The notes below the pieces were generated by a model that did not search any database, was not told where the DNA came from, and saw only the letters and a list, made by a program, of their open reading frames with translations. Position numbers and translations under genes: made by a program. From IMG/VR virus record IMGVR_UViG_3300029092_000236: a stretch of DNA of 29,083 bases; one strand, 5' to 3'. The DNA comes from a virus (taxonomy: Duplodnaviria > Heunggongvirae > Uroviricota > Caudoviricetes). Positions within the stretch are counted from its first letter, which is position 1. Each line of letters starts with the position of its first letter. This document shows, piece by piece, positions 20,435 to 27,859 of the stretch.

Positions 20435-21263
20435 GACGATGCCCTCCGCTGATATTCAGGAGACGGTGAATATGAAAATTAGCCTTATCCGCCAGACGAA
20501 TACGTTCAGCCTGCAAGTTAAGAAGGGTTTCTACCAAAACCTGATGCGCCTGCGGATCCGAAAGAGTTACCTTGCGCAGAGCACGTAGTGCAGTTGTTAC
20601 ATAACTGAGTTTATGTAAGTCTTCATCATTCAGACGAGTGAGGGCTGGGACAGTAGCCATGATGGCAGCCTCCGATAACAGTGAATTACCTTCACCACCG
20701 GAAACGCCAATTTCGCTGGTGGTGAACTGAACGGGGTTGGCGTAACCGGCGTTATCGGAAACCGGCGCACCTTTCGGTGCCCCCGTCCAGCCCACCATAA
20801 TTTGGGTGTGCACAGACACAGACGATAAAAAAGACGCTGGCGCGTCATATATCGCCGATAACATTTCCAGGACGCCAATCCCGTCACCCGCTTTATAAGG
20901 TGCCTGAACAGTGTAACGTCCCGGAATGGCAGAATCAATGTGCTGGTGGTCCTTCACACTCAACAAAATCACGCCTGAATTTCCACAAAGGACTAAAGCA
21001 CTCATGCGGGTAGTCTTTGCGAAGATAGATAACGCGCTGTGTTTCTGGTTCCCAACGAATAACATGGACATAAAGCCCTCTTCCGTCACGAAACCAGCGG
21101 TTAAGTTCCCGCACAACTCGCCCCCCACAGTCAGGTAAAGTTCTCTGTGGTTACTTACAGCCAGGTGATTTGGTAATCTGCATTCATGCCGTAACAACAG
21201 GTGTTCAGCGACACTGACCACCAGCTGTTGCGACAAACGGTTATTTGCCGTTAAACTGTTCAT
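20427..21263 (-). CDS. Hypothetical protein (278 aa) between the CII-like gene and the replication initiator
   Basis: Start overlaps the CII-like stop (ATGA at 21260-21263). Long clean ORF with a Gly-rich middle region. No family recognised. Confidence 0.55.
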   Translation of the reverse strand: MNSLTANNRLSQQLVVSVAEHLLLRHECRLPNHLAVSNHRELYLTVGGELCGNLTAGFVTEEGFMSMLFVGNQKHSALSIFAKTTRMSALVLCGNSGVILLSVKDHQHIDSAIPGRYTVQAPYKAGDGIGVLEMLSAIYDAPASFLSSVSVHTQIMVGWTGAPKGAPVSDNAGYANPVQFTTSEIGVSGGEGNSLLSEAAIMATVPALTRLNDEDLHKLSYVTTALRALRKVTLSDPQAHQVLVETLLNLQAERIRLADKANFHIHRLLNISGGHRHA

Positions 21264-21823
21264 GCGTTAGTTTCTCCACAGACACAAAACGCCACGACGC
21301 CCGGAGCTGCACACTCGCGGGCGTCACTCTTTTCTGGAGCGCAAAAGATTTTGTAGACCAGTGCTGCATGCTCTTGGAGCTTCGAAATTGACAGATACAA
21401 CTCATCATTAATTGCTGTCTGCTCGTGTGGCTCCACGACCCCATCTTCGATTGCCGAACGAATCTGCTTTGAGTAATTCCCGATCTGTTCGATGACTTCC
21501 AGCAGGCGCTGGTTTATATCGGCGTTCTCTACTTCCTCAATTTCAGGAAGCGATACGAACACCCCACCAGCAGACTGTGCGACAGCATCCGCAATGTAGT
21601 GAGTGTCAGCCGCGCGCTGTAAAACCATTGCCCATCCCAGCGGGAAAATCTGATCGCCATCGGCACGAAGGCGGTTAAATAATGCGTTCTCTGTTACATC
21701 CAGCCAGTCAGCTGCTTCAGCGTAACCACCCGGCAACGCTGCGATAGTTTTTCTGACAGCTTTCACGTACCACTCAGGCTGTTTTTCTACTTTCCAGTGA
21801 TACTTACCCACGGTTAGCCTCAT
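21260..21823 (-). CDS. CII-like early regulatory protein (CP76 / YdaT-like position)
   Basis: 187-aa ORF directly downstream of the Cro-like gene, in the position of cII/ydaT in lambdoid and Rac-type prophages. Family assignment is by position and general character only. Confidence 0.4.
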   Translation of the reverse strand: MRLTVGKYHWKVEKQPEWYVKAVRKTIAALPGGYAEAADWLDVTENALFNRLRADGDQIFPLGWAMVLQRAADTHYIADAVAQSAGGVFVSLPEIEEVENADINQRLLEVIEQIGNYSKQIRSAIEDGVVEPHEQTAINDELYLSISKLQEHAALVYKIFCAPEKSDARECAAPGVVAFCVCGETNA

Positions 21824-21854
21824 CGTTCTGTGGTTAAAAATTGAAGGTGTTCTG

Positions 21855-22055
21855 TTAATCTTTCGGATAGATATCCGGTCTTAAGTCAGATTTCGTAATT
21901 GCACCTGACGTGCATTGCTCAAGTTTTTTCGCCAGCACAAAACTGGCTTTTTTATAACCATTGAAAACCAGCCGTAAGTAGCCAGGTGTTGAGCCAACTT
22001 TTCCGGCCAACTCGCCCTGCTGTTCTTTGGTTAAAGAGTCCCAATACGCTTTCAT
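21855..22055 (-). CDS. Cro-like / YdaS-like HTH repressor
   Basis: 66 aa from ATG at 22053-22055 (MKAYWDSLTKEQQGELAGKVGSTPGYLRLVFNGYKKASFVLAKKLEQ...), GGAGGT RBS. Divergent from the cI-like gene. The ORF-track extension to 22160 would cross the operator region. Confidence 0.6.
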   Translation of the reverse strand: MKAYWDSLTKEQQGELAGKVGSTPGYLRLVFNGYKKASFVLAKKLEQCTSGAITKSDLRPDIYPKD

Positions 22056-22145
22056 ACAATATGTACCTCCAGTATACATATTACATGATTGAAATGAACC
22101 TTCAAGATACTTGTACCTTATCGGTACAAAGGTTTTAATTTCGTT
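22056..22145. promoter_or_regulatory. Immunity-region divergent promoter/operator segment
   Basis: 90-bp cro-cI intergenic region with a perfect palindrome TTGTACC-TTATC-GGTACAA (22111-22129) and an imperfect ATGTAC-N7-ATACAT element (22061-22079). Candidate -35/-10 hexamers for both divergent transcripts. Confidence 0.5.
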
Positions 22146-22820
22146 ATGAAAACAATCCATGACATCCGGCGGTCTAACGCCAGAAAACTGAGAGATGGTG
22201 TTGGCGGAAATTCATCCTTTGCCACCATGATTGATCGCGAGCCAACCCAAACCAGCAGGTTTATGGGGGATGGCGCTACTAAAAATATCGGTGACAGCAT
22301 GGCACGGCACATCGAAAAATGTTTCGACCTGCCTGTCGGATGGCTTGATCAAGAACACCAGACAACGAACATCACAAAAAAACCTGATGTTTCAATCACT
22401 AACAAACAAATAACGTTAGTCCCTGTCATATCATGGGTACAGGCCGGAGCATGGAAAGAAGTTGGCTATTCTGAGGTTGATTTGAGCACAGCAGAAACGT
22501 ATCCCTGCCCTGTACCCTGTGGCGAAATGACTTATATCTTGCGGGTGATTGGTGATTCAATGATTGATGAGTACCGCCCAGGAGACATGATTTTTGTTGA
22601 TCCCGAAGTCCCTGCCTGCCACGGTGACGACGTTATTGCATTGATGCACGATACAGGCGAAACCACCTTCAAGCGATTGATAGAAGATGGAACACAGCGT
22701 TATCTCAAAGCATTAAACCCAAACTGGCCTGAGCCTTACATTAAGATTAACGGTAATTGCTCTATAATTGGTACAGTGATTTTCTCGGGAAAACCAAGAA
22801 GATACACAATAAAGGCCTAA
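22146..22820 (+). CDS. cI-like prophage repressor (N-terminal HTH, C-terminal S24 LexA-type autopeptidase)
   Basis: 224 aa. C-terminal domain has LexA/cI peptidase-like blocks (VIGDSM, GDMIFVD) and an N-terminal HTH-like region (SSFATMIDREPTQTSRF...DSMARHIEKCFDLPVGWL). Confidence 0.75.
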   Translation: MKTIHDIRRSNARKLRDGVGGNSSFATMIDREPTQTSRFMGDGATKNIGDSMARHIEKCFDLPVGWLDQEHQTTNITKKPDVSITNKQITLVPVISWVQAGAWKEVGYSEVDLSTAETYPCPVPCGEMTYILRVIGDSMIDEYRPGDMIFVDPEVPACHGDDVIALMHDTGETTFKRLIEDGTQRYLKALNPNWPEPYIKINGNCSIIGTVIFSGKPRRYTIKA

Positions 22821-22832
22821 TCAATATTTATG

Positions 22833-22857
22833 AACCTGCTTCGGCAGGTTTTTTTAT
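22833..22857 (+). terminator. Rho-independent terminator after the repressor gene
   Basis: AACCTGC-TTCG-GCAGGTT hairpin followed by TTTTTTTAT, 13 nt after the cI-like stop. Confidence 0.6.
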
Positions 22858-22859
22858 AC

Positions 22860-22895
22860 TTGACAATGTACCCATGAGATACATAATGTATCCAA
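22860..22895 (+). promoter_or_regulatory. Candidate early (pL-like) promoter with overlapping palindromic operator
   Basis: -35 TTGACA (22860-22865), 16-17 nt spacer, -10 CATAAT/ATAATG (22882-22888). A perfect 15-bp palindrome GATACATAATGTATC (22878-22892) overlaps the -10. Confidence 0.5.
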
Positions 22896-23488
22896 AAGAA
22901 ACATGAGGCAGGCAAGATTCAAACAAAATTTGGTTGTAACACGGCGTATGGCACATGCGTCGTTAGCGGTCTGGGGACGTTAAAGGGGACAATCCACTCC
23001 TTGCTAGGGCAAACAAACCAGGTAGCCGGAATGTGCAAGTCAATGATGATGCTGATAAGACGCCTAACCAGCGTGGCGATCCGGTTTGACGCCTGGGAAG
23101 AGACCAGGGTGCAACGATGAGGGCATTTATGGAGCCGCGACAAAGTGTGGTGCCGTAACTGGCTAAGTGCTCTCAGCGTTGTGGTCATCCGCGAAATGGC
23201 GCGGCGGTAAGTATGGCTGGGTTACTCTTTCCCCGTTGAGGACACCGGATTGTCAGGTTGACCATACGCCTGAGTGACAACCCCACCACAACAGCCACTG
23301 CTTTGGCGGTACCAGTTTGTACACTTGCTTCCGGCTGGTACCGCTCTTTTTACAAAACAGAGAAGAGCATCACCGGACGACGGGCTCATAACCCAATCCA
23401 TCCGGGCGGCTGCCACCGCAGGTGTTCTTCTCTGTTTTGTGGAGAAACCAACCGACCTTGCAGGGTCGATATGATGAGGAGCAGCAAA

Positions 23489-23851
23489 ATGGCTAGCGAA
23501 CGCAGTACTGATGTGCAGGCATTTATCGGGGAGCTGGACGGCGGCGTATTTGAAACCAAAATCGGCGCAGTTCTCAGTGAAGTCGCTTCCGGTGTGATGA
23601 ACACGAAAACCAAAGGTAAGGTCTCACTCAACCTGGAAATCGAACCATTTGATGAGAACCGTGTGAAAATCAAACACAAACTCTCATATGTTCGCCCGAC
23701 TAACCGCGGGAAAATTTCCGAAGAAGACACCACCGAAACGCCGATGTATGTCAATCGCGGTGGTCGCCTGACTATTCTGCAGGAAGACCAGGGACAATTA
23801 CTGACTCTTGCCGGTGAACCTGACGGAAAACTACGCGCAGCAGGTCATTAA
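23489..23851 (+). CDS. Hypothetical early protein (120 aa), YfdP-like by position
   Basis: ATG at 23489 with GAGGA 8 nt upstream (alternative ATG at 23471). First gene of the rightward early operon. The ORF-track N-terminal extension from 23258 is unlikely to be coding. Confidence 0.45.
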   Translation: MASERSTDVQAFIGELDGGVFETKIGAVLSEVASGVMNTKTKGKVSLNLEIEPFDENRVKIKHKLSYVRPTNRGKISEEDTTETPMYVNRGGRLTILQEDQGQLLTLAGEPDGKLRAAGH

Positions 23852-23916
23852 TATCGTTCTTAATTAACTGATTATTTATCTCATCACTGAATATCTTTAT
23901 ATAGTGAGGACTTATT

Positions 23917-24741
23917 ATGTCTCAGAACTTAGACGCAACCGCAATTAATCAAATCCATGCCCTTATTTCTGCTCAGGGTGTTAATGAAATTATCAGTAAG
24001 ATTGGTGCCGATGCTGTGGTATTGCCTGAGAATTTCCGCATTCATGATCTGGAAAAATTTAATTTAAATCGCTTCCGTTTCCGTGGTGCGCTTTCCACTG
24101 CCAGCATCGATGACTTTACCCGTTATTCTAAAGATCTTGCAGATGAAGGCACCCGCTGCTTTATCGATGCTGATAATATGCGTGCCGTCAGTGTACTTAA
24201 CCTGGGTACTATTGATGAACCAGGTCACGCAGATAACACCGCCACTCTCAAACTGAAAAAGACAGCACCGTTCTCTGCCCTGTTGTCTGTTAACGGCGAG
24301 CGTAACTCCCAGAAGTCACTGGCAGAATGGATTGAAGACTGGGCCGACTACCTTGTGGGCTTTGATGCTAATGGTGACGCTATTCAGGCAACAAAAGCGG
24401 CTGCGGCAGTCCGTAAAATCACGATTGAAGCAAACCAGACCGCTGATTTTGAAGATAATGACTTCAGCGGCAAACGCTCCCTGATGGAATCTGTCGAAGC
24501 GAAGACCAAAGACATTATGCCAGTGGCATTTGAAATTAAATGCGTTCCGTTTGAAGGTCTGAAAGAACGTCCGTTTAAATTACGCCTCAGCATTATCACT
24601 GGCGATCGTCCTGTACTGGTTCTGCGCATTATTCAGCTGGAAGCGGTGCAGGAAGATATGGCTAACGAATTTCGTGATCTGCTTGTTGAGAAATTCAAAG
24701 ACAGCAAAGTAGAAACCTTTATTGGTACTTTCACCGCCTGA
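23917..24741 (+). CDS. DUF2303 / YfdQ-like protein (274 aa)
   Basis: ATG at 23917 with GTGAGGA RBS. Size and gene order (120 aa, 274 aa, HD hydrolase, 120 aa) mirror recalled yfdP-yfdQ-yfdR-yfdS of CPS-53. Confidence 0.5.
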   Translation: MSQNLDATAINQIHALISAQGVNEIISKIGADAVVLPENFRIHDLEKFNLNRFRFRGALSTASIDDFTRYSKDLADEGTRCFIDADNMRAVSVLNLGTIDEPGHADNTATLKLKKTAPFSALLSVNGERNSQKSLAEWIEDWADYLVGFDANGDAIQATKAAAAVRKITIEANQTADFEDNDFSGKRSLMESVEAKTKDIMPVAFEIKCVPFEGLKERPFKLRLSIITGDRPVLVLRIIQLEAVQEDMANEFRDLLVEKFKDSKVETFIGTFTA

Positions 24742-24868
24742 TTTCATTACTGCAAATGCCCCTGCGGGGGCATTTATGGAAACGTAATTAACTCAATAAT
24801 CACCGGATGGTGAGGGCTTCCTTTTACCCAAACTCAGCGCGGTGCAGCGCATATACGTGGAGAACAAA

Positions 24869-25405
24869 ATGTCATTTATTAAAACTTTTTCCGGGAAGCA
24901 TTTTTATTATGACAAGATAAATAAAGACGACATCGTGATTAACGATATCGCGGTTTCCCTTTCAAATATCTGCCGCTTTGCCGGTCATCTTTCTCACTTC
25001 TACAGTGTCGCCCAACATGCGGTGCTTTGCAGCCAGCTGGTGCCGCAGGAATTTGCTTTTGAAGCGTTAATGCATGATGCAACAGAAGCGTATTGCCAGG
25101 ATATTCCCGCTCCACTGAAACGCCTTCTTCCTGACTATAAACGGATGGAAGAAAAAATTGACGCCGTAATCCGTGAGAAATACGGGTTACCCCCAGTTAT
25201 GAGTACGCCCGTGAAATATGCCGATCTTATCATGCTGGCAACCGAACGCCGCGATCTCGGGCTTGATGATGGCTCTTTCTGGCCTGTACTGGAAGGCATC
25301 CCGGCAACAGAGATGTTCAACGTGATTCCACTGGCACCTAGCCATGCCTACGGGATGTTTATGGAACGTTTTAACGAGTTATCGGAGTTACGCAAATGCG
25401 CATGA
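24869..25405 (+). CDS. HD-domain phosphohydrolase (YfdR-like 5'-deoxynucleotidase)
   Basis: From ATG at 24869 (MSFIKTFSGKHFYYD...). HD-superfamily metal-binding motif (H-x-HD) within QHAVLCSQLVPQEFAFEALMHDATEAY. Confidence 0.7.
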   Translation: MSFIKTFSGKHFYYDKINKDDIVINDIAVSLSNICRFAGHLSHFYSVAQHAVLCSQLVPQEFAFEALMHDATEAYCQDIPAPLKRLLPDYKRMEEKIDAVIREKYGLPPVMSTPVKYADLIMLATERRDLGLDDGSFWPVLEGIPATEMFNVIPLAPSHAYGMFMERFNELSELRKCA

Positions 25406-25758
25406 ATGTTTTCGAAATGGAAGGGTTTCTTCGCGGTAAATGTGTACCGCGAGATCTGAAAGTGAACGAAACAAATGCTGAGTACCTGGTACGTAAATTC
25501 GACGCGCTTGAAGCTAAATGTGCGGCACTGGAAAACAAAATAATACCAGTGTCAGCTGAACTGCCACCAGCAAATGAAAGTGTTCTGTTATTTGATGCTA
25601 ACGGAGAAGGCTGGCTGATTGGCTGGCGTTCTCTCTGGTACACCTGGGGACAAAAAGAAACCGGAGAATGGCAGTGGACATTTCAGGTCGGGGACCTTGA
25701 AAACTTCAATATCACTCACTGGGCAGTAATGCCAAAAGCGCCGGAGGCTGGAGCATAA
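25396..25758 (+). CDS. Hypothetical protein (120 aa), YfdS-like with DUF551-like C-terminus
   Basis: ATG at 25396 with GGAG 8 nt upstream, overlapping the preceding stop. Trp-rich C-terminus ...NITHWAVMPKAPEA resembles the DUF551 tail. Confidence 0.5.
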   Translation: MRMNVFEMEGFLRGKCVPRDLKVNETNAEYLVRKFDALEAKCAALENKIIPVSAELPPANESVLLFDANGEGWLIGWRSLWYTWGQKETGEWQWTFQVGDLENFNITHWAVMPKAPEAGA

Positions 25759-26378
25759 TGACCACATTTACCAATAAAGAACTGATTAAAGAAATCAAAG
25801 AACGAATCAGCAGCCTAGAGGTTCGAGACGATATTGAGCGCCGTGCTTATGAAATTGCTCTGGCATCGCTAGAAGAGGAGCCGGTGGCATGGCTGCATTC
25901 AGAAAATGGCTTAGGTATTCCGGCAATAACGAGGAGTAAAAACATTGCTGACAGTTGGTTATCAAAGGGCTGGTATGTTCAGCCGCTATATATAGCCAAG
26001 CCAGTGCCGGTGGTGCCAGATGCTCGTCCGTCTTTAAATAATGGCATAGTCGGCTTTGATGAAGGCTGGAACGCCTGCCGCGCCGCCATGCTTAATGGTG
26101 CCGAACCTGTAAGCCAGACTTACAAGTTGAACGAGCTGTCGGGCAACTCTCCGGTAACTCCGGATGGTTGGATAAGCTGTAGTGAGCGAATGCCGAACGA
26201 TAAACAGTATGTTTGGTGTTGGGGTAAGTCTTACGGCTGGACTGAGTACGATACCTTCGAAGGGTATTACGATTGTTCGAGAAACAAATGGTGGGCAGTT
26301 ACTGACAATGGGGAAGAACCGGCATCGAAAGTAACCCACTGGATGCCGCTACCGGAGCCGCCGCAGGAGGTGAAGTAA
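25758..26378 (+). CDS. DUF551-like domain protein (206 aa)
   Basis: Start overlaps the preceding stop (TAATG). C-terminus ...KVTHWMPLPEPPQEVK matches the recalled DUF551 terminal motif. Confidence 0.5.
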   Translation: MTTFTNKELIKEIKERISSLEVRDDIERRAYEIALASLEEEPVAWLHSENGLGIPAITRSKNIADSWLSKGWYVQPLYIAKPVPVVPDARPSLNNGIVGFDEGWNACRAAMLNGAEPVSQTYKLNELSGNSPVTPDGWISCSERMPNDKQYVWCWGKSYGWTEYDTFEGYYDCSRNKWWAVTDNGEEPASKVTHWMPLPEPPQEVK

Positions 26379-26572
26379 TGAACAACTTAATGACAACTAA
26401 ACAAGTCGCCGATTTCTGTGGTGTTTCAGTATCGACAGTTCTTCGCTGGAACAGCGTAAACAGGAGAACTGGCCAGAAATACAGGCCTGACTTTCCAGAT
26501 CCTGATATTAAATCCTGCCCAAATAAATGGGCATCACACAAGATTTACAGATTTGCGGGAGTGATTGATTAA
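26378..26572 (+). CDS. AlpA/Xis-type excisionase (small HTH protein)
   Basis: 64 aa MNNLMTTKQVADFCGVSVSTVLRWNSVNRRTGQKYRPDFPDP..., the AlpA-like pattern. Strong RBS AGGAGGTG. Last gene of the early operon, near the integrase. Confidence 0.6.
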   Translation: MNNLMTTKQVADFCGVSVSTVLRWNSVNRRTGQKYRPDFPDPDIKSCPNKWASHKIYRFAGVID

Positions 26573-26854
26573 TATGTATTAGCTTAGATGTGAGCTGACA
26601 CATCTATGATTAGATGCCAAACCAAATCTGAGCGTCCACTCTTTAACAAGAGCGGACGTTACCAATGACCATATGACATGAATCGATAAGATCAAAACAT
26701 TATCGCCAAGAAATGTCATACCATTGATACAAATAAAATTGATTACCCCCTTACTCTTGTTGAAAAGTTAGTCGTAGAGTACCTATCGCAATGTAATCAG
26801 CTTTAATCATCTGAAAATTACTCCTTAAAAATTAGCTTTTATATACTGAACAAA

Positions 26855-27574
26855 TTAAATCTCTGTTTCTTTTCCTGTTCGGCTCAACCAATACTCCATT
26901 GTTTGAGTATGAATCTTTTCAGCGTATATTTTATCAATTAATTTATCTCGTTTTTCTTTAATGACTTTACGCAGTGAATCATATAACATAAAAAAACGTT
27001 CATCATCTTCCTCATTATTACCATAATTTATTTGATTGAGTTCTGAAAAAATATGATAGCACCTTTTTTTCTTGGTCCCCGGCAATATTAAAACCAAGCC
27101 ACATTGATCATATTCAAATTCACCTTTATGGGCAGCAAAGTTATGTCTAACATTCATAATAGAATCATGTAAATCTCTGTATTTTTCTGGCACATGCTTT
27201 CTCTGCAATGTGAATCGACGCCCTTTCGCCTCTGTAAAACACTTACCGTAAGTAACAACTTTTGATATAAATAAAGACTTTAATATTAGATTCTTTTCTA
27301 AATCAGGATAAATAAAGTGTTGTTCTCTATTAATGTTATTACAAATGTTTTTTATTATATTCTCCCAACCAATAACATTCCGAAGATCTTTATCCAGCAA
27401 CTGTAAGGCCACATATTGTTCTACAAAGCGGCCTTTTAAAGGTATTCGTGGTAATATTACACCTTTCTGCTTATAAACTCTTTCTATCGTATTATCTGGA
27501 TATTGGATCTTCCTTATTTCTATTCCGTCTTCTTCTGATACCCTTACTAATGGTTCATTTTTTAACTTTGACAT
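26855..27574 (-). CDS. Hypothetical AT-rich cargo protein (239 aa) with possible HEPN-like R-x5-H motif
   Basis: ATG at 27572-27574 with AGAGGG RBS. The coding sequence and flanks are visibly much more AT-rich than neighbouring phage genes. Contains RHNFAAH. No family confidently recognised. Confidence 0.6.
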   Translation of the reverse strand: MSKLKNEPLVRVSEEDGIEIRKIQYPDNTIERVYKQKGVILPRIPLKGRFVEQYVALQLLDKDLRNVIGWENIIKNICNNINREQHFIYPDLEKNLILKSLFISKVVTYGKCFTEAKGRRFTLQRKHVPEKYRDLHDSIMNVRHNFAAHKGEFEYDQCGLVLILPGTKKKRCYHIFSELNQINYGNNEEDDERFFMLYDSLRKVIKEKRDKLIDKIYAEKIHTQTMEYWLSRTGKETEI

Positions 27575-27859
27575 GTTAACCCTCTTAAATAAAAAACTAA
27601 CTTTATCCAGATAGTGTCCGTTAAGAAGTTTTCGTTACAACTAAGTTTCTAGGTAAATCATGAATCAACCTATAGTATCAAAAACATTTGGTGGTAAACA
27701 TCTGCATTTATCAAATAGCAGGAGCGATTTAGGGGCATAGGGATAGTGATGATATCTATACCCGTGCCCTCTTATGTCAACACAATGGCGTAAACTTAAC
27801 GCTCACATCTCGCTCAAAGTGTGCTAGGAGATTTGGTTATGTTCAGGTGATACAAACCG

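Noticed and set aside
22903-22982. Arg-rich 26-codon frame downstream of the early promoter; considered as an N-like antiterminator
   Set aside because: Far shorter than known N proteins and without a convincing ribosome-binding site. Kept only as part of the leader-RNA finding.
22919-23416. Minus-strand ORFs (89 and 64 aa) in the early leader region
   Set aside because: Antisense to the early operon, no recognisable RBS or start context, unusual Cys/Arg-rich translations. Most likely non-coding frames in GC-rich leader DNA.
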